Shown here piece by piece: positions 9,878 through 19,400 of a stretch of DNA of 64,000 nucleotides. Position numbers and translations under genes: made by a program. Under the pieces are notes generated by a model. It made no database searches and was not told the DNA's origin. It was given only the letters and a program-made list of their open reading frames with translations. How positions within the stretch are numbered: the stretch's first letter is position 1; each line of letters opens with the position of its first letter. The DNA lies in NCBI GenBank assembly GCA_965242695.1, contig CBDESU010000001.1, positions 2,048,001 through 2,112,000 of the forward strand, in the 5' to 3' direction. This DNA comes from Cenarchaeum sp. Its GTDB lineage: Archaea > Thermoproteota > Nitrososphaeria > Nitrososphaerales > Nitrosopumilaceae.

Positions 9878-10506
9878 GTGTCGTTTTCAGACTACAGGAG
9901 GTACAGGGAGGAGGGCCTAGACCTGAACACCAAGCTGATGCGCAGCATGATCGAGGCCGAGGACATAGACAGGGCGGCGGGCATGCTGGGCATCAAGCGC
10001 GCCGGAAGCAGCCTAGAGTTCCACTCGAGAATGGAGACGGACTGCGTGATCGACTTTATCCTGCACGACGTCAAGGACGGCCGCGGCAGGAGCAAGGTGC
10101 AGGCGTACCTAGAGGACGCCGGGCCGGCGACCGACTTTGAGCGCGAGATGCTCGAGATGCGCATCCGCGCCAAGACGTCGCTGTTCAGGGTAGTGGAATG
10201 CAGGCCCCGCAGTCGGACCGCAAAGCTGTCCGACCAGCTGCACGGAAGCGGGGACGTCACCATATACGACAAGGGCCTGAGCGCGACGCTCGACGCCGGA
10301 AATTCCATGTTCACCCGCATCTACAGGGGGCAGGGGCTCTGCATGACGTCGGGCATCACGTTCAGCTTGCCGAGGAGGTCGTGCCGATGCTGATCCGCAG
10401 GTACAGGGCGATGAGGGCAAAGCCGAACAAGAGGGGCCCCGCCTCGCGGTTTGCGCTGTTCTTCAGGATGAACCGCGCGTGCGGCCTGCCGATCCACTTT
10501 GTGTAG
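9878..10506 (+). pseudogene. Paralog 3 of 3, frameshifted near 10367 (or sequencing error)
   Basis: ttcagcttgccgaggag versus ttcggctttgccgaggag in paralog 2 (one T missing). The C-terminal motif continues in another frame. Confidence 0.7.
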
Positions 10507-10675
10507 TCGCCCGCGGGCGGTGACAGGGGCGCGCCGCGGGCGGGCGGCGCAGGCCCGGCGGAGCGTGGCGGGCCCGCCGCGGCATGCGGCGGATCCGGCC
10601 GGCAGGGCGGCGCACCCGCGGCGGCCGCCGGCGCCGGGCGCATCCTATTTTTAGCGCGGGCGGGCGGCGCGGCCC

Positions 10676-12076
10676 GTGAGCGCATCCGAGGCCGCGCGCG
10701 GGCCGCGTGCGGCGCAGGCCGGCGGCGGCTGCGCCGGCGATGCCGGCGGGCGGCTGCTCTCCGAGTTTCGGGCCACGCGCGACCGGACGCTCCGCCTCGT
10801 CGCGCCGCTAGCGCCAGACGACTATGTCGTGCAGACTGCCGCCTACACGAGCCCGCCAAAGTGGCACATGGGCCACGTCAGCTGGATATTCGAGGTCGTG
10901 CTAGGAAAGGTCGACCCGTCCTACCGGCCGCACTCGTCCGATCTTGCGGGGTACCTCAACTCGTACTACCAGCAGTTCGGCGAGCCCATGGACAAGGCAG
11001 GCAGGGGGACGGTCTCGCGGCCGACCCTCGAGGAGGTGCGCCGGTACTATGCGGCCGTCACGGACAGGGTCGCCGCGGCCGTCTCGGCCGGCGTGTGCCC
11101 CGCCGGCGGCGAGGCCGAGCGCATGCTGTACCTGGGCATACACCACGAGTGCCAGCACCAAGAGCTGCTCGTGTACGACCTGCAGCACATGCTCGCCTCG
11201 GGGTACGAGCCCGAGGGAGGCAGGGCGGCGGCGCCCCCGGAGCCTCCGGCGGGGGAGGGCGCGCAGGATGCGGCGGAGCCGGGCCGCCTCGTGCGGGTCG
11301 GCGGCGGGCTGTACCGCATGGGAAGCGACGGGAGGGACGGGAGATTCTGCTACGACGTCGAGATGCCCGAGCACGCCGTCCACCTAGAGGACTACTCGAT
11401 CGGCTCCCTGCCCGTCACGTGCGGCGAGTACATGCGGTTCGTGGAGGACGGCGGGTACAAGGCGTACAGGCACTGGCTTGCCGACGGCTGGGAGAGGGTC
11501 AAGGACAGTGGATGGGAGGCTCCCATGTACTGGGAGAGGGACGGCGGCGGGCGGTGGCTCGTCTCGGACTTTGCAGGCCGCCGCCGGCCCGTCGACCCGC
11601 TCGAGCCCGTGCGCAACGTGAGCTTTTACGAGGCCGACGCGTACTGCAGGTGGGCCGGCATGCGCCTGCCGACCGAGGCCGAGTGGGAAAGGGCGGCGCT
11701 GTGGGACGGCCGCGCGGGGCGGAAGAGGCGCTTTCCGTGGGGCGACTCGGGCCCGTCCCCCGACAGGGCCAACCTGCTCGAGTCGGGGCTGTGGCGCTGC
11801 GCGCCGGCCGGCTCGTACCCCGCCGGCGAGAGCCCCGCTGGGTGCCGCCAGATGATCGGCGACGTGTGGGAGTGGACTGCGTCAGAGTTCGTCGGGTACC
11901 CGGGCTTTCGCAGCGGGTTTGACGAGTACAACGACAAGTGGTTCACGGGCCAGAAGGTGCTCAGGGGCGGGTCGTTCGGCACGCCGTCGGTCTCGATAAG
12001 GGGCACGTACAGGAACTTCTTCCGGCTCGACGAGCGGTGGATGATGGCGGGGTTCAGGTGCGCGGCCGACGCGTAG
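10676..12076 (+). CDS. egtB: Ergothioneine biosynthesis sulfoxide synthase EgtB
   Basis: DinB domain SPPKWHMGH, LNSYY, HHECQHQELL; FGE domain RLPTEAEWE, GDVWEW, YNDKWF, VLRGGS. Confidence 0.92.
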   Translation: MSASEAARGPRAAQAGGGCAGDAGGRLLSEFRATRDRTLRLVAPLAPDDYVVQTAAYTSPPKWHMGHVSWIFEVVLGKVDPSYRPHSSDLAGYLNSYYQQFGEPMDKAGRGTVSRPTLEEVRRYYAAVTDRVAAAVSAGVCPAGGEAERMLYLGIHHECQHQELLVYDLQHMLASGYEPEGGRAAAPPEPPAGEGAQDAAEPGRLVRVGGGLYRMGSDGRDGRFCYDVEMPEHAVHLEDYSIGSLPVTCGEYMRFVEDGGYKAYRHWLADGWERVKDSGWEAPMYWERDGGGRWLVSDFAGRRRPVDPLEPVRNVSFYEADAYCRWAGMRLPTEAEWERAALWDGRAGRKRRFPWGDSGPSPDRANLLESGLWRCAPAGSYPAGESPAGCRQMIGDVWEWTASEFVGYPGFRSGFDEYNDKWFTGQKVLRGGSFGTPSVSIRGTYRNFFRLDERWMMAGFRCAADA

Positions 12077-12529
12077 GCGCGGCGGTGGGGGTGGGAGGAT
12101 CGCGCAATGGCGCAAGATCACCGCAATGTCTAGGGAGGCGCCCCGTTTGCCCCCGCAGGGGCGGCAGGGAAACTCTTCCGGTCAGGACGCCGTGTTGTCA
12201 GGTGACGGGCAGAATCAGGAGCAGTGAACAAAGACGGAGATGGCGACATGCATGTAGCGGGCACGGGACGATCGCGGCCATGGTGCGGCGTGGTCTCGGC
12301 ACATGGCCCACTACCCCATGCAGATCCGATCTCTGACATGTGCGCAACCGTCTCGACGCGGCGCAACACCCCAGGCGCGGCAGTTCCCGCTCTGAACGGA
12401 AAGTGGGACCAATGCGGGCGCCACGGGGCAATGCGGCACCTATGGCACCAGGTCATGATTCAACCTGCAAAATTGTGTGTATGTATGTACACCACAAACT
12501 ATTATAAACAGCTGAGATCGGGTCGGCGC

Positions 12530-13267
12530 GTGTACTACATGTTCGTGGACGAATCAGGGAGTGCTCGTGTTTCCGCAGATCCTTCGAGGAACGACGATGT
12601 TTACATACAGACAGGGTTGATCGTGCACGCCGATGATGTCCACAGGGCCAGAGCGGCCATAGACAGGGTCAAGCGCGAACTCTCCAAGGGCAAAGATACC
12701 AAGGATTGGGAGCTGCACGGGTACGAGGTACGGAGGGACAAGGGCGCCTTTGCGGCGGATCTGCGTGTTAGCGATCGTGAGGAGAGATTGACGGCATTCA
12801 CAAGTACGATCAAAGCGATAAAAGAGTCAGAGGCCGTGCTGATCAGCGTCATAATATGGAAGAATCGGTTGCCCCCGGGGCAGCACAACCTGCTCAGGAC
12901 CTCGTGGAGGCTGCTCACAGAGCGTTACGGGCAGTACTTGGCCAGCTGCGGCGGGGGAGAGGTAGGCAAGATTGTTGCCGACTCTAGCAGCCGCGGCACA
13001 GAGGCAAAAATCAGAGGCGTGCTACAAGAAATCTCCAAGCGGAGGGCTAGGATCGGAAGCCGCCTCGTCCTGGTTTCAGACTATGTGCGCTTTGTAGACT
13101 CGCGCAGTGAGCCGCTTGTTCAGGCCGTCGACATGGTAACATACGCAATCCGCAGGTACTGCCGCAATGATGCCTCGTTCAAGGGATGCTTCGAGGCCCT
13201 CGCGCCGTCCATGTGGCAGCGCGACGGCAAGATCGACGGATTTGGGATCAACTACTACCCGCATTGA
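12530..13267 (+). CDS. DUF3800 family protein (RNase H-like), copy A
   Basis: MFVDESG, ELHG, IVAD, DSRSEPLVQAVD. TATA-like attataaa at 12501-12508. Confidence 0.8.
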   Translation: MYYMFVDESGSARVSADPSRNDDVYIQTGLIVHADDVHRARAAIDRVKRELSKGKDTKDWELHGYEVRRDKGAFAADLRVSDREERLTAFTSTIKAIKESEAVLISVIIWKNRLPPGQHNLLRTSWRLLTERYGQYLASCGGGEVGKIVADSSSRGTEAKIRGVLQEISKRRARIGSRLVLVSDYVRFVDSRSEPLVQAVDMVTYAIRRYCRNDASFKGCFEALAPSMWQRDGKIDGFGINYYPH

Positions 13268-13269
13268 GG

Positions 13270-13410
13270 ATAACGCGGGGACGGCAGTGGCATCGGATCC
13301 TCAAGCCGTCGTCCCGCCGGCCTGCGTCCGCCCCGATGCCACCGGGAACGACGGTCGTGCGATACCACTCTCGCGCCGCCCCTAGGTACTGCCCCTTCGC
13401 AGATCCCTGC
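13270..13410 (-). ncRNA. Putative DUF3800-associated structured ncRNA (long form)
   Basis: Minus-strand TTTATAT at 13431-13437; hairpin CUGC-GAAGGG-GCAG; closing stem GGGGCGGC/GCCG(U)CCCC. Homologous to the units at 27.3-28.0 kb. Confidence 0.6.
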
Positions 13411-13538
13411 TCGTGGCGCACAGCGGCGCCATATAAACAATCCCCGCGGCCTCCACGCCTAGAAGCACGCCCAGGCGCCGCAACGTCGGCGCAATGAAGG
13501 CAGTCGGTTACGGTGGGCTGCGGCCCCTAGCGGGCGGG

Positions 13539-13794
13539 CCGTTTTAATAGGAATTTCCAAGCGGGCGGGCCGTGCAAAGGGTGCTCCACGAGATCGAACG
13601 GGCCGCCATGGAGGCCCTGGACGGGGCGGAGAGAGGCATGGGCGAGGCCGACCTTGCAGGGGCGGCAGGGCTGTCGCCGGACCAGACGCGGCGGGGGATC
13701 GAGTGGCTCAGGCACAAGGGGCTTGCCGACGTGGGCGAGTCGTCCGAGTCGATCGTCTCGCTCGGCCCGGCGGGGCGCGGCGCAACGGAGGCGG
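13539..13794 (+). repeat. Duplicate of the pheS promoter and 5' end (about 22528-22782)
   Basis: Near-identical gttttaataggaatttccaagcg...gtgcaaagggtgctccacgagatcga... Confidence 0.92.
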
Positions 13795-15213
13795 CTCCGC
13801 CGGGGATGCCGGCGGGCGGCTGCCCTCCGAGTTTCGGGCCACGCGCGACCGGACGCTCCGGCTCGTCGCGCCGCTCGCGCCCGACGACTATGTCGTGCAG
13901 ACTGCCGCCTACACGAGCCCGCCAAAGTGGCACATAGGCCACGTCAGCTGGATATTCGAGGTCGTGCTCGGAAAGATCGACCCGTCCTACCGGCCGCACT
14001 CGTCCGATCTTGCAGGGTACCTCAACTCGTACTACCAGCAGTTCGGCGAGCCCATGGACAAGGCCGGCAGGGGGACGGTCTCGCGGCCGACCCTCGAGGA
14101 GGTGCGCCGGTACTATGCGGCCGTCACGGACAGGGTCGCAGCGGCCGTCGCGGCCAGCGCGTGCCCCGCCCTGCACGCGGGCGGGCGAGAGTGCGGCGCC
14201 GCAGTAGTCGTAGCGGCCGTCTCGGCCGGCGCGTGCCCCGCCGGCGGCGAGGCCGAGCGCATGCTGTACCTGGGCATACACCACGAGTGCCAGCACCAAG
14301 AGCTGCTCGTGTACGACCTGCAGCACATGCTCGCCTCGGGGTACGAGCCCGAGGGAGGCAGGGCGGCGGCGCCTCCGGCGCCTCCGGCGGGGGAGGCGCG
14401 CAGGATGCGGCGGAGCCGGGCCGCCTCGTGCGGGTCGGCGGCGGGCTGTACCGCATGGGAAGCGACGGGAGGGACGGGAGATTCTGCTACGACGTCGAGA
14501 TGCCCGAGCACGCCGTCCACCTAGAGGACTACTCGATCGGCTCCCTGCCCGTCACGTGCGGCGAGTACATGCGGTTCGTGGAGGACGGCGGGTACAAGGC
14601 GTACAGGCACTGGCTTGCCGACGGCTGGGAGAGGGTCAAGGACAGTGGATGGGAGGCTCCCATGTACTGGGAGAGGGACGGCGGCGGGCGGTGGCTCGTC
14701 TCGGACTTTGCAGGCCGCCGCCGGCCCGTCGACCCGCTCGAGCCCGTGCGCAACGTGAGCTTTTACGAGGCCGACGCGTACTGCAGGTGGGCCGGCATGC
14801 GCCTGCCGACCGAGGCCGAGTGGGAAAGGGCGGCGCTGTGGGACGGCCGCGCGGGGCGGAAGAGGCGCTTTCCGTGGGGCGACTCGGGCCCGTCCCCCGA
14901 CAGGGCCAACCTGCTCGAGTCGGGGCTGTGGCGCTGCGCGCCGGCCGGCTCGTACCCCGCCGGCGAGAGCCCCGCTGGGTGCCGCCAGATGATCGGCGAC
15001 GTGTGGGAGTGGACTGCGTCAGAGTTCGTCGGGTACCCGGGCTTTCGCAGCGGGTTTGACGAGTACAACGACAAGTGGTTCACGGGGCAGAAGGTGCTCA
15101 GGGGCGGGTCGTTCGGCACGCCGTCGGTCTCGATAAGGGGCACGTACAGGAACTTTTTCCGGCTCGACGAGAGGTGGATGCTCGCCGGGTTCCGGTGCGC
15201 GGCCGACGCGTAG
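13572..15213 (+). pseudogene. pheS(5')-egtB chimera with two -1 frameshifts
   Basis: PheS N-terminal residues are joined to a near-identical second egtB. Frame breaks near 13795 and 14395; about 60-nt insertion near 14150-14210. Confidence 0.8.
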
Positions 15214-15423
15214 GCGCGGCAAATGCAGGGTTGCGCGGCGGCCGCGCGGCGGCGAGGGCGGGGGTTGCGATAGTATAGAGCCCCTGTGCCCGGCATGAGG
15301 TGCCCCACTCGCCCCCGCAATGGCGGGCAGGCGAACCCTGTCAGCTGGGGCGGAGTCACATTCCAACGACGCAAGTGCCGCCGCGATTGCGGCGAGCCGC
15401 GGGGTGCGCCGCTTTCGTTCGTA

Positions 15424-15924
15424 TCAGGCTATTTTGCGCAGCCAAGTCTCCTTTCTCGGCTCATCAAGCACGAAATGAAACTTGTTGAAAAAATCCCGCC
15501 GTCCAAGCATGATCGGAAGTCCACACTCAGAGTCTCGCGACACGTCGGTGTCAGGCGACACCACACTTATGAATCCCAGATCAAGCCAAGCGCCGTCGTA
15601 GAACACCTCCAATCCAATCTTCACCTTGTACGCTCCTGTCCACCCTGTTGCACTGAGCATTTTAAATTTTGAGCGTTCGTCAGCGGTGATGCCCATCTGG
15701 AATAGCTCCCATAGCGGAACCACTATCCCACTAGCTCCCGTATCAAGTATCCCGATCGACCTCACTGAACTGTCCCCGCTGGCGGGAGACGGTGTGCCCG
15801 GCATTCTTAGGCGGATCAGGACCGCAGGCACTCGTTCAATGAGGGAGGCGCCTTGCGTAGAGAGGTTGACCTTCATGTATGGGTTACGGATCCACCCTTC
15901 GGAAGGCGCGATGTGCGACATCAT
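15424..15924 (-). CDS. Retropepsin-like (clan AA) aspartyl protease
   Basis: GILDTGASG and IMLGRRDFF motifs. Confidence 0.8.
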   Translation of the reverse strand: MMSHIAPSEGWIRNPYMKVNLSTQGASLIERVPAVLIRLRMPGTPSPASGDSSVRSIGILDTGASGIVVPLWELFQMGITADERSKFKMLSATGWTGAYKVKIGLEVFYDGAWLDLGFISVVSPDTDVSRDSECGLPIMLGRRDFFNKFHFVLDEPRKETWLRKIA

Positions 15925-16160
15925 GATGACCCCATGTACAAGTACGGGACCTCGGATGGATCATTGAAGAAGTGTTCAATGAGGGGCGATTTTACGCCGG
16001 ATCTCCATGCCTCCTCAATTACTTTCTCTGCATGCTTGCCGTGCGCCACAATCTTGCCGTCGTTGATCGCCACCCACTCTCCCCGGTACGGGTCGATCTC
16101 CTCGGTAGTAAGGCTCTGCAGGAACTCTAGGTCCTTGACGGTTGTATCTCCGGCGCTCAT
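15921..16160 (-). CDS. DUF5678-like small protein
   Basis: YRGEWVAINDGKIVAHGK; overlaps the protease start. Confidence 0.75.
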   Translation of the reverse strand: MSAGDTTVKDLEFLQSLTTEEIDPYRGEWVAINDGKIVAHGKHAEKVIEEAWRSGVKSPLIEHFFNDPSEVPYLYMGSS

Positions 16161-16401
16161 GGATGTGGGCGCGCGTGGGCCCTGTTAAAGGTTTCCCGAC
16201 CTCACATACGCGACCCGTGCGCGCAGGGCCGTGCGCCTACTCTGGTGCGAACCGCACGGGCGGGCGGCTCCTTGAGCCGGCATGGCAGGGGCCCAGCCGT
16301 GCACCTGGCGGACAAAGGGCGTTCGCAAGCCAAGCTTCGGCCCAGGGCGCGGCGCAGGCAGCCGCTCGCGCCCACTCCGCCGCAGCCGGCCGGCGCGGCC
16401 G

Positions 16402-19400
16402 CTACCGCCCCGGCGCGCCGGCGCACTCTGCGGTGTACGTGACCTGCTGGACGAGCCGGCTGCCATTCACCTGGTCGTGGCCCGTCAGGTTGATCGCAAG
16501 CCACAGCTGCCTCTCCTGGCCGCCATCAAGGCCGAGCCCCGCGCCGCCGGCCGACAGGGGGGCAAACGCCCCGCCGCCCCGATCCTCCGCCGCCCCCGCC
16601 ACCACGGTGAGCGAGGCCGGCATGGACGGGGCGCCGTCGGCAGGCCGATCCGAGGCGGGGTCGATGTACCACGGGGTCGCATCAAGGTCGACGCGCTCAA
16701 ACGCCTGCGAGCCAGAGTTGACCACGTCCTGCCGAACCGCCTTGGAGTAGTCCCCGGGGCTGGCCTGCACTGCCAGGCGATCCGTGCCGAGGTGGATCGA
16801 GCACGTGTAGACGACGGGCGGCGGAGTGCCGCGCTCGGATACGACGGTGCCGAACCGCGTCAGGTGGTACGTGTAGATCACCATGTCGCCGGCCGAGTCG
16901 ATCCGGCACTCGCCCGCGCCGTCGAGCTGGCGCTCGACCCTTGCCGTGTCGTCGGCAGCGCATGCCGTGTCGATCGCCCTGATCGAGCCGTTTGTGCCGC
17001 CGTCGATGTAGAAGGCCCGGCCGCCGGCCTGGCCCTCGAGCGATATGCGGACCGGCTTTGTGAACTCGATGCGGGCGTCCCCGCTGCCGCCTATCTCGAC
17101 TATGCTTCGCGGCAGGACGCGGCCCGAGCCGTCGTAGGAAAGGGCATCCTGGATGCTCGAGTTGGTCGGAGGGGCATCGGTCGAAGCGACAACGTGGAGG
17201 GCGAGCATGCCGTCGGCAGGTACGGACGTCGCTTCCACCCCGGGCGGGAACGACACGGTTGCGAACGACGTAGCCACGGCGGTGCCGTTGGACGGGAACT
17301 GCACGGTTCCGCCCGCGGTGCCGGCGCCCGGCAGTCCCGACACGTCGATCGCGATGCGCACGCCGGTCCCTTCTCCGGCAAAGTTGCTCCGGCCAGCGAC
17401 CCCGCTCGGCCCCAGTACTACCGTCGTGGTATTGGCAGTGCCCTGGTCGCCGCCGGTGCCCGGGCCGCCGCCGGTGCCCGGGCCGCCGCCGGTGCCCGGG
17501 CCGCCGCCGGTGCCCGGGCCGCCGCCGGTGCCCGGGCCGCCGCCGGTGCCCGGGCCGCCGCCGGTGCCCGGGCCGCCGCCGGTGCCCGGGCCGCCGCCGG
17601 TGCCCGGGCCGCCGCCGGTGCCCGGGCCGCCGCCGGTGCCCGGGCCGCCGCCGGTGCCCGGGCCGCCGCCGGTGCCCGGGCCGCCGCCGGTGCCCGGGCC
17701 GCGTATTGTAATGTTCGAGGCATGCAGCGAGCTTGGCGAGCCCGTCGGAGGTAAGTATGGGTCGGCGTTGTTTCCAGCCGCATCTTTGATCGTCCCATCA
17801 TTGAGGGACAGCGCGCGGCGGTCCGCGTAGTCCAGGCGGTCCGCCGTGTCGTTGGCCTGCACGTCGTAGCGGAACGCAATCTCGGCGTCCCCGTCCGTGC
17901 CAGCGACGTACTCTGCGCTCCGGGCGGGAACCGTCGAGAGCGCCAGTGTGGGCGTCCCCGTGACGGTGACGCTCTCGCTGAAGGCGACGGCGATGTCTAC
18001 GGTAGAGCCGGCGCCGTGCGTGGCGTCCCCGTCCTGCGAGGATACCGACACGATGCGCGGCGCCTTGCCGTCGATCCGGATGCCCTCCGATGCGAGCGAG
18101 CCGGGATCGCCGGGGCCGGGCAGGCCCAGGTCGGCAGGGTTCCCGGCTGCGTCCAGGATCTTCGCGCCGCCCGGAAGGGACAGGGCCTCGCCGCTAGCGT
18201 AGCCGAGGACGTCCGCGCTGTCGTTGGCCTGCACGTCGTAGCGGAACGCAATATCGGAGTCCCCGTCCGTGCCAACGACGTACTCTGCGCTCCTGGCTGG
18301 AACCGTCGAGAGCGCCAGTGTGGGCGTCCCCGTGACGGTGACGCTCTCGCTGAAGACGACGGCGATGCTTACGGCAGAGCCGGCGCCGTACAGGTTCTGC
18401 GCGTCCGGCGAGCCGACGCGCGTGACAGACGGCGGCGCCGCATCGATCCGTATGTTCCGCAGATGTCCGAGCGAGCCGGGCGAGCCCGGGGCCGGCATCT
18501 CCAGGTCGGCATCGGCAGTGTCATTCCTGAGCATATCCTCCCGGGGCGCAGCGGTCAAGCATGCGACATTTTCAGTGCCACCTCCGTATCTGCATGCGAC
18601 TAGCTGGGACTGTCGGAATACGTATTCCTCCGGCACGTCCGACACGGCGCCGTGCGTGACCAGGGAGGCGGCGCCCGCATAGTCCAGGCGGCCCGTATTG
18701 TCGCCTGGCCGCACCTCGTAGGCGAAGGTCAAGTTCGTTCCGCTTCCCGACACGTACGTTGCGGCGCGTTCCGCCCCGTCAAGGGCGAGCAGGATCGAGG
18801 GGGGCGGCCCCGACACCGATACCGGCGCGTCAAAGCCGACCGTAAAGTTGATCCGGCTCCCCCCGACGTACGTGCCGTTCTGCGCAGACGTAGAGACACC
18901 CGTGACGAGCGGAGGCGACAGCCGCAGCAGCTGGATTCCACTGTCGTACTGCGGAGACACTATGGCGAACGTGGCGCGCCCTATGGTGAAAGCATCGACG
19001 TCGTAGGCGCCGTCGAGCTCTATCGAGCCGTCCTCCGCCACTGTGTTGTCGTCGAACAACGAGCCGGCCGCCTCTAGCGTGCCGTTTTCGTGCACCCGCG
19101 CCAGCTGGACGGCGTCGCCGGCGTGCGATGCGACTGCGACGTACGTGTGGCCGTCCATGGCAAACGAGTCGACGTTGTTGGCGCCGCCAAGACGCACGGC
19201 GACTGGCGGGTCGCGGACGACCGTGCCGCTCTGAACAGCAGGTATGTTGTTCCGGAGCGAGCCGGCCGCCTCTAGCGTGCCGTTGTAGTGCACGCGGATC
19301 AGCTGGACGCCGCTACTGTCGTACGATGCCACGGCCGCATAGGTGCGGCCGCCCGCCGTCTCGAACACGTCCATGCCGTGGGCCTTGTCCAGTGCCAGCG

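Noticed and set aside
17448-17702. 18-bp array as a regulatory or CRISPR repeat
   Set aside because: It encodes a Gly-Pro linker inside the surface protein.
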